From NCBI GenBank assembly GCA_963754385.1, contig CAVWGE010000001.1, positions 441,633-505,632 of the forward strand: a stretch of 64,000 nucleotides of DNA, in the 5' to 3' direction. The translations under genes were made by a program, and so were the position numbers. This stretch comes from an uncultured Chloroflexia bacterium. GTDB lineage: Bacteria > Chloroflexota > Dehalococcoidia > GIF9 > UBA5629. The notes beneath the pieces were generated by a model that saw nothing but the letters and a program-made list of their open reading frames with translations, had not been told where the DNA came from and searched no databases. This document shows positions 9,617 through 19,422 of this stretch, piece by piece; position 1 is the stretch's first letter; the number at the start of each line of letters is the position of its first letter.

Positions 9617-10498
9617 TTGAAGCAATGCTATAATAACACGGTGCGCCTTGCTATTATAGGGCTTGGTCTTATTGGTGGCTCTATAGGTTTGGCTTTGAAA
9701 CAAGCCAGTTGGCGGCAGGCTGAAATAGTTGGCTACGCCCACCGTCATAAAACAGGCTCTTTAGCATTGAAATTAGGCGCTGTCGATAGGGTTGAATCAG
9801 ACCTCTGTGAAACAGTCAAAGGTGCTGACATTGTTATTATTGCTACGCCAGTTCTGACCATAAAGGGCATTTTTTTGCAAATAGCTCCTGGCTTATCAGG
9901 TGGTTCCGTTGTTACCGATACTGCAAGTACTAAATTACAGGTCATGCGATGGGCAGAAGAGTTGTTGCCGCAAGGTATAGATTTCGTTGGTGGTCATCCC
10001 ATGGCAGGTAAAGAAATATCAGGAATCAGTGCTGCCACAGCCGACCTGTTTCGCAATTGCACTTACTGCCTAACGCCAGCACCACAGGCCAGGTCGGCAG
10101 CAGTGCGGACTGTGAAGGAAATGGTAAAGAAACTGGGAGCTATTCCCCTAACCATCGGTGCTCAGGAACATGACAGCTTAGTAGCTGGTGTTAGTCATCT
10201 ACCATTATTACTGTCGGTGGCTCTAGTCTCAGCGACTACTAAAAATCCCTCTTGGCGGCAGATGTCACGCATAGCAGCCAGTGGTTATCGTGACCTTACT
10301 CGTTTGGCCTCAGGTAATCCGGAGGTTAATGCACATATTTGCCTCAGTAATCAGGCTGCTATTGTCTCTTGGATCGATGTGTTCAGCGAGGAGCTACAAA
10401 GGCTGCGTAAGCTGGTGGCTGACGGGAGTAATGAAATAGAAAAGACTCTGGCTCTTGCTAATGAGGCGAGGCAGAAATGGCTGAAAAGGCGCTGTTAA
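9617..10498 (+). CDS. tyrA: Prephenate dehydrogenase
   Basis: 293 aa. Rossmann motif LAIIGLGLIGGS, then GGHPMAG and SHLP. Overlaps aroA. An alternative GTG start at 9641 is possible. Confidence 0.85.
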   Translation: MKQCYNNTVRLAIIGLGLIGGSIGLALKQASWRQAEIVGYAHRHKTGSLALKLGAVDRVESDLCETVKGADIVIIATPVLTIKGIFLQIAPGLSGGSVVTDTASTKLQVMRWAEELLPQGIDFVGGHPMAGKEISGISAATADLFRNCTYCLTPAPQARSAAVRTVKEMVKKLGAIPLTIGAQEHDSLVAGVSHLPLLLSVALVSATTKNPSWRQMSRIAASGYRDLTRLASGNPEVNAHICLSNQAAIVSWIDVFSEELQRLRKLVADGSNEIEKTLALANEARQKWLKRRC

Positions 10499-11787
10499 GA
10501 AGAATCTCATCCCCCAAGCAGTTGGTCGGAGAAGTCACTGTGCCCGGTGATAAATCTATTTCACACCGTGCTCTCATCCTCAGCAGTTTGGCGTTAGGTA
10601 GCAGTAAAATCAGTAATATTTCGCCCGGGAGAGATTGTCAATCAACTATAAATTGTTTGAAGGCCCTCGGTGTAAGGTTTGCAAGACAAGAAAACGAACC
10701 GATGGCTATACTCATTCACGGTGTTGGTAACACAAGCTTAACCGAAGCTAAAGATATTCTCAATGTTGGGAATAGTGCTACAACTATGCGCCTTCTCAGT
10801 GGTGTACTTGCTGTCCAACCCTTCCTTTCCATATTTACTGGTGATAGTTCTATTCGTTCTCGGCCTATGAAGCGGTTGATTGAGCCACTTCTTTTGATGG
10901 GTGCTGAAATATATGGGCGTGGCGAGGATTCTTTTGCTCCTTTGGTTATCAGGGGTAAGAGACTCTACGGTGTTACCTACTCCTTACCAATACCCAGCGC
11001 TCAGATTAAATCTGCAATTTTGCTGGCAGGCCTCTTTGCTGGCGGGAGCACTGCTATAGAGGAGTCTCAGCATTCTCGTGACCACACCGAGCGGCTGCTC
11101 AAACGGATGGGTGCTAAACTCGAAAGTGACGATTCTCATATTTTCTTGACACCGTTAACAGCTCCCTTAACTTCAGTTGATCTTTGTGTGCCTGGTGACA
11201 TCAGTTCAGCAGCTTACTGGCTGGTTGCCGGAGCCATACATCCAAATGCTAAGATTAAAATAGCAAACTGCGGCATTAATCCGACACGGGCTGGGATTAT
11301 AGATGTACTTTTAGCTATGGGGGCCAAACTTAAAATAGAGAATCAACGATTGGAAGGCAATGAGCCACTTGCTGACCTGTATGTAGAATCCAGTCGATTG
11401 AAGGCTGTTGAAATCAGCGGGTATATAATTCCTCGTTTAATCGATGAGATACCGCTTTTGGCTGTGGCAGCCTGTGTAGCTCAAGGCGATACGTTAATCA
11501 GGGGGGCTGGTGAGTTGCGGGTCAAAGAATCTGATAGAATTAAGACTACAGCCCAAGAGCTTTCCCGCCTGGGTGCCAATATAGAAGAATTATCCGATGG
11601 TATGGTTATTCATGGTGGTAGACTATTGCTAGGCGCAGAGGTTAGAAGCCATTTTGACCATAGGCTGGCAATGAGTTTGGCAGTAGCTGGTCTGGTAGCT
11701 AAGGGAAGCACCTTGATTCATAATACTCGTGTTGTAGAAATATCCTATCCTGATTTTTGGGAAGAGATGGAAAATCTTGCCAGATAG
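10477..11787 (+). CDS. aroA: 3-phosphoshikimate 1-carboxyvinyltransferase (EPSP synthase)
   Basis: 436 aa. VPGDKSISHRALIL, GNSATTMRLL, RVKESDRI, DHRLAMS. Confidence 0.92.
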   Translation: MAEKALLRRISSPKQLVGEVTVPGDKSISHRALILSSLALGSSKISNISPGRDCQSTINCLKALGVRFARQENEPMAILIHGVGNTSLTEAKDILNVGNSATTMRLLSGVLAVQPFLSIFTGDSSIRSRPMKRLIEPLLLMGAEIYGRGEDSFAPLVIRGKRLYGVTYSLPIPSAQIKSAILLAGLFAGGSTAIEESQHSRDHTERLLKRMGAKLESDDSHIFLTPLTAPLTSVDLCVPGDISSAAYWLVAGAIHPNAKIKIANCGINPTRAGIIDVLLAMGAKLKIENQRLEGNEPLADLYVESSRLKAVEISGYIIPRLIDEIPLLAVAACVAQGDTLIRGAGELRVKESDRIKTTAQELSRLGANIEELSDGMVIHGGRLLLGAEVRSHFDHRLAMSLAVAGLVAKGSTLIHNTRVVEISYPDFWEEMENLAR

Positions 11788-11811
11788 TAAGAGAGCTTCA
11801 AGGAGGTTGTG

Positions 11812-12093
11812 ATGAGTGCAGAGCTGGTTCATATAGGTTTTGATAATATTATCGCCATGAGCCGGGTGATTGTTATGCTGTCGCCCACTCAGCAGCCGAC
11901 GAAACGTCTCATTCAGGAGGCTAGAAATAAAGGCATGCTAATTGATGCTACCCACGCCAGAAAGGCTAAAGCAGCTGTAGTTATGGATACAGGGCACATA
12001 GTGTTAGCTGCTATTTCCGCAGAGACTATTGCCAGAAGGCTAGATGCCAGTCGGGGAGAAGCTAGTTTTAAATCAGGAGGTGATGAGGAATAA
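11812..12093 (+). CDS. remA: RemA/YlzA-like DUF370 protein
   Basis: LVHIGFDNIIAMSRVIVMLSP...KRLIQEARNKGMLIDATHARK...IARRL. Sits directly upstream of gmk, as in Firmicutes. I prefer ATG 11812 (5 nt after GGAGG) over the track start GTG 11809. Confidence 0.8.
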   Translation: MSAELVHIGFDNIIAMSRVIVMLSPTQQPTKRLIQEARNKGMLIDATHARKAKAAVVMDTGHIVLAAISAETIARRLDASRGEASFKSGGDEE

Positions 12094-12095
12094 AA

Positions 12096-12719
12096 GTGAC
12101 TCATGACAAGTTAAATGCAACTCCATCTGCAAATCCCCTTCTTATTGTTATCTCGGGTTTCTCTGGTGTTGGCAAGGATGCTGCATTAGGTAAGATGAAA
12201 AAGGCGGGTTTACCTTTCCACTATGTTGTGACGACTACGACTCGCCCGAAGCGTCCCGGAGAGAAGGACGGTGTTGACTATCATTTCTTGCCCGAAGACA
12301 AATTCCGCCAAATGATTATGACGAATCAGTTTTTGGAATGGGCAAAGGTTTATGGTAATTACTATGGCGTGCCTAAGCAAGAAATAGAGGAGGCATTAAA
12401 AAAGGGACAGGACACTATTGTAAAGGTGGATGTTCAGGGGGCAGCTACCCTCAAACGGATTTTACCGGATGCAGTATTTATCTTCCTTATGGCTCCATCG
12501 ACAGAAGAATTGGCTAACCGTTTGAAACAGCGGCACGGCTTGCACTCAGCAGATTTAGACTTGCGATTAAGCAAAGCCCGGGAGGAGATAGAAAGCTTAC
12601 CCCTATTCGATTACGTCGTGGTAAGCCATACAGACAACATAGACCTCACTGTTACCCAGATAAATGCTATAGTCACTGCTGAGAAAAGCCGGTTAAAACC
12701 AAGAGTGGTAAGGTTATAG
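12096..12719 (+). CDS. gmk: Guanylate kinase
   Basis: 207 aa. ISGFSGVGKD P-loop, TTRPKRPGEKDGVDYHF, EWAKVYGNYYG. GTG start. Confidence 0.9.
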   Translation: MTHDKLNATPSANPLLIVISGFSGVGKDAALGKMKKAGLPFHYVVTTTTRPKRPGEKDGVDYHFLPEDKFRQMIMTNQFLEWAKVYGNYYGVPKQEIEEALKKGQDTIVKVDVQGAATLKRILPDAVFIFLMAPSTEELANRLKQRHGLHSADLDLRLSKAREEIESLPLFDYVVVSHTDNIDLTVTQINAIVTAEKSRLKPRVVRL

Positions 12720-12862
12720 GACTGCCTAGTACAGTTCAGTGTTTTTTGTTGTAGCTGATGAAGATAGCCTTCGATCTATCAGTCTTAAGGTCAATGAGCT
12801 TCTGAAGTGAGGTATTTGCTTGACTTGGTTACCTCATACGTAATAGTTGTGCCATTTTGTCC

Positions 12863-13342
12863 TTAGATTAAGTCTAGGCTTTTAAGAATCTTGTTTTCTC
12901 TGGCTTTCATCTGTTGTTCCTCTTCAGGAAGCTCATCGTCGCAACCTAAGAGATGAAGAATCCCATGAACAATTAACAATGCTAGTTCTCGTACTATATC
13001 ATGGCCTTGCTCTTGCGCTTGCCTGACTGCCTGAGGATATGAAATCACCACTTCACCCAGATGACGGACCCCGTCCGGAGGGCCTACAAAGCGGAGTTCG
13101 GATTCTTGACTCGTGCCGGGAACCATATGGAAAGCGAGTACGTCGGTAGGTTGGTCCTCACCTCGATAGGTTTTATTTAGCTTTTGAATTGTTTTGCTAT
13201 CGGTGATGACCAATCCCATCTCCACTGGTGAGCAAATGCCTTCGGCTTCAAGGGTTCTTATGGCTATTCTTTGAAGCCAGCTTTCCTCCAGGGGGATTTT
13301 CAGCCTCTGTTTTACAGAGATGTTGATTTCTAGCTCAGCCAT
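12863..13342 (-). CDS. ybeY: rRNA maturation endoribonuclease YbeY
   Basis: 159 aa. Metal-binding HGILHLLGCDD motif. Confidence 0.9.
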   Translation of the reverse strand: MAELEINISVKQRLKIPLEESWLQRIAIRTLEAEGICSPVEMGLVITDSKTIQKLNKTYRGEDQPTDVLAFHMVPGTSQESELRFVGPPDGVRHLGEVVISYPQAVRQAQEQGHDIVRELALLIVHGILHLLGCDDELPEEEQQMKARENKILKSLDLI

Positions 13343-13469
13343 GGCTTGTTCCTACCGAGGCATCATATCAAAATAGCTCGTTGCAATAAAGGCCCACGAG
13401 CCTTTTAATTTGGTTGAAAGCAATAAAAAGACTATGATATATTGAACTTGGGAATTTCTCTGTGTAACT

Positions 13470-13561
13470 GGAGGGATCGCATAGTGGTCTAGTGCGGCCG
13501 CCTGCTAAGCGGTTGCTCCGAGAAATCGGGGTCATGGGTTCGAATCCCATTCCCTCCGCCA
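13470..13561 (+). tRNA. tRNA-Ser (anticodon GCT), CCA encoded
   Basis: Hand-folded. Acceptor GGAGGGA/TCCCTCC; anticodon stem GCCGC/GCGGT with loop CTGCTAA; long variable arm; T-arm ATGGG-TTCGAAT-CCCAT; 3' GCCA. Confidence 0.9.
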
Positions 13562-13640
13562 TTCCAGATGTAGAATCTCAATTCCATTAAGCCAAGTTCA
13601 AGTCTTATTTAAGGAAACCTCGAAAAATCAGGAATTAGGT

Positions 13641-14948
13641 ATGCACAAGTATTACATTTGGACAATAGGTTGCCAGATGAACAAAGCTGAATCACAACGA
13701 GTGGCTGATTATCTAGAGCTATTTGGCTATCAGTCTACTCCTGTGCTGCAGAAAGCTGACTTAGTTTTGCTTAATACCTGTGTGGTACGGCAGAGCGCTG
13801 AAGGCAAAGTCATTGGTATGCTTGGCTACTTGAAGGGCATTAAGAACAGCAAACCAGATTTGTCTATTTTAGTCACCGGCTGCTTTGTTGATTCTGATGT
13901 TAAGCAACTTCATAAGAGCTTTCCGCATGTTGACCTGTTCTTTAAACCTGGTGATTACGACGTATTGCTCAACTGGACTGAAAAGCAACGTATTAGTGTA
14001 CATGGGTACAAAATAGGCTTGCCTTTAACCAAGAGCGTAGCAGTCAGTGCTTTTGTCCCTATTATTCAAGGGTGCAACAATTTCTGTTCCTATTGCATTG
14101 TCCCCTACCGGCGGGGGAGAGAAAAGAGTCGGGTTGTAGATGAAATAGTTTGTGAAGTAAGCACGCTAGTGAAGCATGGAGCGAAAGAAGTCACCTTATT
14201 GGGCCAAAATGTGAATTCCTATGGGCATGACCTCCCAACACAGCCTAGCCTTAGCGACCTGCTCACCGAGTTAAACAATATTAACGGGCTGTCCAGGATA
14301 CGTTTTCTAACAAATCATCCCAAGGACATGAGGCAAGAGCTTATTAAAGCAGTCGCCTCTCTAGATAAGGTCTGCGAGCATATATGCCTTCCTCTCCAGG
14401 CAGGAGACAGTGATGTGCTCAAAGCTATGCGGCGAGGTTATACAGTAGAACAATATCGCCACCTTGTTGATGACGTTCGCAATTATATCCATGAGGTGGC
14501 GCTTAGCACCGATGTCATCGTTGGCTTTCCCGGTGAAAGTGAGGAGCAATTTGAGCGTACTTTGGCTGTACTTGAAGAAGTGAGGTTCGATACTGTCCAT
14601 GTTGCTGTTTACTCTACACGTCCTGGCACCATCGCCTCAAGGGAATATGAGGACGATGTTCCGCCTGAGATTAAGAAGGGACGCCTTGACAGAGTTGAAA
14701 CACTTCAAGCCGAGATAGCAGGTGAAATTAACTCTCGGCTTATAGATAAAGCAGTGGAGGTGTTGATAGAGGGCAAAAAAGGCGGAAAATGGTATGGGCG
14801 CACCCAGAGCAACAAACTGGTTTTCTTTGAAAGTGGCGGTAATTGCCTGGGGCAGTTGATAGATGTTACTATAACTAAGGCCAGCCCATGGGCATTACAA
14901 GGTGAAATCGCAATTAGTGATAATAGCTTGGAAGAGCCAAAAAGATGA
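13641..14948 (+). CDS. miaB: tRNA (i6A37) methylthiotransferase MiaB
   Basis: 435 aa. N-terminal UPF0004 cysteines (WTIGCQMN, NTCVVR, GC), radical-SAM CNNFCSYCIVP, C-terminal TRAM domain. Confidence 0.9.
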   Translation: MHKYYIWTIGCQMNKAESQRVADYLELFGYQSTPVLQKADLVLLNTCVVRQSAEGKVIGMLGYLKGIKNSKPDLSILVTGCFVDSDVKQLHKSFPHVDLFFKPGDYDVLLNWTEKQRISVHGYKIGLPLTKSVAVSAFVPIIQGCNNFCSYCIVPYRRGREKSRVVDEIVCEVSTLVKHGAKEVTLLGQNVNSYGHDLPTQPSLSDLLTELNNINGLSRIRFLTNHPKDMRQELIKAVASLDKVCEHICLPLQAGDSDVLKAMRRGYTVEQYRHLVDDVRNYIHEVALSTDVIVGFPGESEEQFERTLAVLEEVRFDTVHVAVYSTRPGTIASREYEDDVPPEIKKGRLDRVETLQAEIAGEINSRLIDKAVEVLIEGKKGGKWYGRTQSNKLVFFESGGNCLGQLIDVTITKASPWALQGEIAISDNSLEEPKR

Positions 14949-16489
14949 GCTGTTATGATTACGTCATAATTGGCAGTGGCATTGCTGGACTTTATACTGC
15001 CTTGCTAGCCAAAGAAGCGGGTAGTGTTCTACTTCTGACTAAAGGTAGCATCGAAGATTGCAATACCAGGCATGCGCAAGGCGGAATTGCTGCTCCGATA
15101 GGCAAAAATGATTCTCCGGAGCTTCATTTCCAGGACACAATGAATGCCGGTGACGGCTTATGTGACCCTGAAGCAGTGCGCATTCTGGTTAATGAGGCAC
15201 CTGACCGCATTGCTGACCTTATAAAATTCGGTGTTCCATTTGACACAGTGAATGGAGAAGTTGCTCTAACCAGAGAAGCTGCTCATAGTGTCCCTCGCAT
15301 TCTTCACGCTGGTGGTGATGCTACAGGTGAGCACATTGAAGTTACTCTTAGTCGGCGGGTGCGCATGTCGTCGATAAAAGTCCTTGAATACTGTTTAGCT
15401 ACTCAAGTTCTGATAGATAATGGCAGGGTTAAGGGTGTGCGAGCCCTCGATTCTCGTACTGGTCTGGTTGAAGAGTATGAATGTCGTTTTATTATTCTAG
15501 CTACGGGTGGTGCCGGGCGACTGTTTAAGTACACTACCAACTCTGATGTAGCCACTGGTGATGGTATAGCGCTGTCTTTTCAAGCCGGTGCCGAAATCAC
15601 CGATATGGAGTTCTTCCAGTTTCATCCGACTGCTGTTCGCCTCCCTGGCATTCCAACGTTCCTCATCAGTGAAGCTGTACGTGGAGAAGGAGGCATCTTA
15701 CGCAATGTAGAAGGCTATCGCTTTATGCCCGATTATACGCCTGAAGCTGAGCTAGCACCCAGGGATGTAGTAGCCAGGAGCATTCTCTATGAGGTGAGAA
15801 AGACTGGGAGCGACCGGGTATTTTTGGACGTAACTCATATACCTGCTCGCCGAACTACCACGCGTTTCCCGCATATTTACCGATTCTGTCTTGAGCATGG
15901 GCTAGATATCACTAAAGGTCTTATCCCGGTAGCTCCGGCTGCGCATTACTTAATGGGTGGGATTAAAGTCAATATCTGGGGTGAGACCAACATCGCTGGC
16001 TTGTTCGCTGCTGGTGAAACTGCTTGCACTGGTGTCCATGGTGCCAATAGGCTGGCCTCGAACTCATTGCTTGAAGTCGTGGTCTTCAGTAAACGGATTA
16101 TTGAAAGGACTCAGGATGGGGATAAGGTTATCCCGACATTGTCAGCTACTCAAACTGGCTGCTATTATCTGGAAGAGCGAAAGAAACTAAAGGCTGTACC
16201 GCAGCTTAACTTGCCAAACCTCCAATCTCTTCTCTGGGATAAGGTAGGTATCATTCGTTCTGGCGAAGGTTTGTCTAAGGCTGCGGATATCTTAGCTACC
16301 TGGCATTGTTCGCTATCTCAGCCAACAGACCGACCTTCTTACGAGTTGAATAACATGATATTGAATGCTCGCCTTATGGCTGAAGCTGCCTTGCTTCGTC
16401 AGGAAAGTAGGGGTGCTCATTTCCGTACTGATTTTCCTAAACCTTCAACAGACTGGCAAAAGCACATCGTTTTCAAGACATCTAACTAA
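14945..16489 (+). CDS. nadB: L-aspartate oxidase
   Basis: 514 aa. FAD motif VIIGSGIAGL, then HAQGGIAA, MEFFQFHPT, and RGEGG, SRGAHFR. Confidence 0.9.
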   Translation: MSCYDYVIIGSGIAGLYTALLAKEAGSVLLLTKGSIEDCNTRHAQGGIAAPIGKNDSPELHFQDTMNAGDGLCDPEAVRILVNEAPDRIADLIKFGVPFDTVNGEVALTREAAHSVPRILHAGGDATGEHIEVTLSRRVRMSSIKVLEYCLATQVLIDNGRVKGVRALDSRTGLVEEYECRFIILATGGAGRLFKYTTNSDVATGDGIALSFQAGAEITDMEFFQFHPTAVRLPGIPTFLISEAVRGEGGILRNVEGYRFMPDYTPEAELAPRDVVARSILYEVRKTGSDRVFLDVTHIPARRTTTRFPHIYRFCLEHGLDITKGLIPVAPAAHYLMGGIKVNIWGETNIAGLFAAGETACTGVHGANRLASNSLLEVVVFSKRIIERTQDGDKVIPTLSATQTGCYYLEERKKLKAVPQLNLPNLQSLLWDKVGIIRSGEGLSKAADILATWHCSLSQPTDRPSYELNNMILNARLMAEAALLRQESRGAHFRTDFPKPSTDWQKHIVFKTSN

Positions 16490-16566
16490 GCGCGAGAAGA
16501 CAAGCCGTACCCGCGTGAAACATAAAACATCTTTGTTACCAGCTCAAATTTGTCGGAGGGAGGCTT

Positions 16567-16944
16567 ATGGAAAAGATAATTCATGATGTAGATGTTCTTA
16601 TGAAAGGTGGACCTTATTCCCATGTTGTGGAAGCAGGAGGCTTTCTGTTTGTGTCTGGCATAGTTCCTACAGACCCAGAAAAGAAATTAGCCATAACTGA
16701 CGATGTAAAAGCGGCTACTGAACTGGTTCTCACCAACATAAAGAAAGCATTAGAGTCGGTAGGCAGTGGACTCGATAAAATTGTTAAAGCGACTGTTTTC
16801 CTGCGGGATATGGCGGACTTCAATGGCATGAACGAGGTTTATAGGGCCTTTTTTCCTGAAAATCCTCCAGCACGCTCCTGTGTAGCTGTAAGGGAAATTC
16901 CTGGCAATTATCCCCTAGAGATAGAAGTTATCGCCATAAAGTGA
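16567..16944 (+). CDS. ridA: RidA/YjgF-family reactive-intermediate deaminase
   Basis: 125 aa. GPYSHVVEAGGFLFVSGIVP...ATVFLRDMADFNGMNEVYRAFF...PARSCVAV...LEIEVIA. Confidence 0.85.
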   Translation: MEKIIHDVDVLMKGGPYSHVVEAGGFLFVSGIVPTDPEKKLAITDDVKAATELVLTNIKKALESVGSGLDKIVKATVFLRDMADFNGMNEVYRAFFPENPPARSCVAVREIPGNYPLEIEVIAIK

Positions 16945-16975
16945 GCCATTCGGGCAAGGTAACAAAACAGGTAAC

Positions 16976-16991
16976 ATGAAAGAATAATGCA
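16976..16991. repeat. Left (sub)terminal inverted repeat of the IS
   Basis: ATGAAAGAATAATGCA, the exact reverse complement of 18277-18292. Confidence 0.8.
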
Positions 16992-17054
16992 CCTCCGGAA
17001 ACTATGGTGTACAGTTTAGATTGAACAACCAAATATATAAAAAGGAGGTGCTGA

Positions 17055-18134
17055 ATGAAGTATATTGGTTTGGACTGTCACAAGCAATACGATTTCGCCA
17101 CATTGATTGACTCGGAGACAGGAGAAATAAGGTCGAAAAAATTGGCTCACAGAAAGGAGGTGTTTAAAGCGTTTATTGGTGGCAAAAGTGATAGCAAGAT
17201 GGTGATAGAGTCATGCTGGAATTGGTCCAAGACCTATGAGCTGGCCAAGGATCTGGTTGATGAGGTCATACTGGCCCATCCTCTTAAGATAAAGGCTATT
17301 GCCTCCGCAAAAATTAAGACCGATGCTATTGACTCTCGAACGCTGGCTCAACTATTAAAGGCTGATCTTATTCCCCAGGCTCATTTAAGGGAAGCAGACA
17401 ACCGGATCAAACAAAAAGTAATCAGACACAGGGCGTTCATGGTGGCAATGCGGACCAGGGTAAAAAATAAAGTGAACGATCTGGTAAGCAACCGCCTGCT
17501 ATCACCGACTCTTGAAGAATCAAAGCCTAAGAATCTGTTCTCAAAGAGAGGAAAAGGTGAAAACGGCGTGGCATGGCTTAAATCATTGGAATGGTCCGTA
17601 GAGGAAGATAAAAGAATATTTGAATCAGCTATGAGACTTATAGAGCACCTTAGCCATGAGATATCAGCTAGTAACCAGATGGTTGAGGAGATATACAAGA
17701 AAGACAAGGATGCCCAGCTGCTTTCCACCATTCCCGGAATAGGGAAAACCCTCTCGGTACTCATCAGCACCGAGATAGATGGCATTGGTCGCTTTAAATC
17801 AGCATCCAGGTTATCTTCTTATGCCGGTCTGGTACCTTCTACTCATTCTTCAGGAGGAAAGACATACCATGGGAAGATGATCTTGGAAGGAAATCGGTGG
17901 TTAAGGTGGGCATTGATTGAGGCTGTAGTGCCAGCATCTTATGCTGATGCTGGAATAAAACAACGGTTGGAAGCCCTCAGGAAAATTAAGAATGCAAATG
18001 TAGCCAAGACGATAATGGCCAGGCGGCTAATGAAAGTGGTGTACCATGTGCTTAAAGAAGGTAGACCTTATGTACCATCTGAGCTAATTGATTCAAGCCG
18101 GAGCCGCCTTTCAATTGCCTTAGCGAGCTCTTAG
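17055..18134 (+). CDS. IS110-family (DEDD) transposase
   Basis: 359 aa. N-terminus MKYIGLDCHKQYDF. C-terminal region IPGIGKTLSVLISTEIDGIGRFKSASRLSSYAGLVPSTHSSGGKTYHGKM is typical of the family. RBS AAGGAGG upstream. Confidence 0.9.
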   Translation: MKYIGLDCHKQYDFATLIDSETGEIRSKKLAHRKEVFKAFIGGKSDSKMVIESCWNWSKTYELAKDLVDEVILAHPLKIKAIASAKIKTDAIDSRTLAQLLKADLIPQAHLREADNRIKQKVIRHRAFMVAMRTRVKNKVNDLVSNRLLSPTLEESKPKNLFSKRGKGENGVAWLKSLEWSVEEDKRIFESAMRLIEHLSHEISASNQMVEEIYKKDKDAQLLSTIPGIGKTLSVLISTEIDGIGRFKSASRLSSYAGLVPSTHSSGGKTYHGKMILEGNRWLRWALIEAVVPASYADAGIKQRLEALRKIKNANVAKTIMARRLMKVVYHVLKEGRPYVPSELIDSSRSRLSIALASS

Positions 18135-18276
18135 GAGCCGCGCTCCTGAAACAGGTTAAGGGGCTCCGGATCTGACGTTACAGTGTGCACCTAAAATGGT
18201 GGCACGAATAGGAGGCTGAGCAAGGTCTTAACCGGGTAGGATATTGAGAATATTTGAATGAGCAAATAACAAGACT

Positions 18277-18292
18277 TGCATTATTCTTTCAT
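18277..18292. repeat. Right (sub)terminal inverted repeat of the IS
   Basis: TGCATTATTCTTTCAT, the exact reverse complement of 16976-16991. Confidence 0.8.
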
Positions 18293-18602
18293 AGGAGGCT
18301 ATTGTGCAATGTTAAGATGAAACACATAGTAATAAAATGGGGGGATGCCACTTGCCCGATTTTAGTCAGGGCTACCCTTACGGGAGGGGTGGAGGAAGCA
18401 ATTTAAGCTGCTAGGCAGAAAAAGTTAAAACGTCCTATAGCACCCTGATTTCCCCTGGCAGAGCCCACCCTGTCTGGTGGTAGTTCTCTATCTAGAAACG
18501 AACCTCTCTCCGAAAAGCTTCTTTTTGTTATTGACTAAACCCAAAATTCATTTCCTGCTCCCATGACGTTTTCCATGATGTATATTTTTCTGTATTCGCA
18601 TA

Positions 18603-19382
18603 CTATTTTCCTAGCACTATGCCTGCAGGATCTATTTCCTCTCGCAATATTCTCAATTCCTCACCAGTAGGTTCAGGGCTTGTTTCAATCTTGTCTGGTA
18701 GCATAATTTCGAATTGACTATTCTCCATCACCTCATCAACGCTGACTCCAGGATGTAACGAGATTAACTTGAGCCTTTTCGTTCTCTCGTCGAAGCCGTA
18801 GATACCTAACTGCGTGATGACCCTGTAAGGGCCTGTGCCTTTAGGTAATCCGGCTTTCTCTCTGGCATTTGGTCCATCAAGGAACCCCGGTGTCGTCAAG
18901 AAATCAAGCTTATTCACGAATGTCCTCTTTGACTGTTTGGCAATGATGATAATGAGCCTCTGCGCGAAAGAAGCTACGTCATTGGCACCACCGCTGCCAG
19001 GCAAGCGGCTCTTGGGCAGGTCATGCTCACCTATAACCGTGGTGTTGATGTTGCCAAACATATCCATCTGAGCCGCACCCAGGAATCCAAAATCGATATA
19101 TCCTGCTTGTGAAAGTGACATAGCATCGTGCATGCTAGAGGCAGCCACAGCTTTATGAAAGGTCCTGGATTCACCTACCGAAATAGGTAATTCAGGCAGC
19201 AAAGGTCCTAACCCTCCGGCTTCAAATACTATAACTAGTTTAGGAGCATGTGTTTTTTGAGCTAACATGGAAGCTATTATGGGAAATCCTGTACCCACAA
19301 AGACAGTTTTCTTATCTTCTAATAAACTTGCGCCAGTAAAGGCTAAGAACTCTCTAACGTTATATTTACCTTCTCTGAGCAT
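18603..19382 (-). CDS. Family-I CoA-transferase, subunit B (GctB-like)
   Basis: 259 aa. VIVFEAGGLG region around the catalytic-Glu position of beta subunits, and PGSGGANDVA. Immediately downstream of the A subunit. Confidence 0.8.
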   Translation of the reverse strand: MLREGKYNVREFLAFTGASLLEDKKTVFVGTGFPIIASMLAQKTHAPKLVIVFEAGGLGPLLPELPISVGESRTFHKAVAASSMHDAMSLSQAGYIDFGFLGAAQMDMFGNINTTVIGEHDLPKSRLPGSGGANDVASFAQRLIIIIAKQSKRTFVNKLDFLTTPGFLDGPNAREKAGLPKGTGPYRVITQLGIYGFDERTKRLKLISLHPGVSVDEVMENSQFEIMLPDKIETSPEPTGEELRILREEIDPAGIVLGK

Positions 19383-19422
19383 ATTTTTAAATTCTTCCTT
19401 TATCGGGAATTCTTGACTCTAT

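Larger units (their letters stand above)
16976..18292 (+). mobile_element. IS110-family insertion sequence (IS1111-like layout), about 1.3 kb
   Basis: A perfect 16-bp inverted repeat, ATGAAAGAATAATGCA (16976-16991) and TGCATTATTCTTTCAT (18277-18292), brackets a single DEDD-type transposase gene. Short 5' leader (63 nt) and long 3' non-coding tail (at least 158 nt). True termini may lie slightly outside the repeats. Confidence 0.75.

Noticed and set aside
12720-12862. Expected rpoZ after remA-gmk
   Set aside because: The 143-bp gap is too short and has no suitable ORF, so rpoZ is not located here. The weak hairpin TGAGGTA...TACCTCA has no U-tract, so I did not call a terminator.
13368-13562. 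64-aa minus-strand ORF
   Set aside because: It lies entirely over the tRNA-Ser(GCT) gene and is a translation artefact. The same applies to ORFs 33190-33464 (tRNA-Pro), 39456-39665 (tRNA-Arg) and 44421-44874 (the tandem tRNA-Ser genes).
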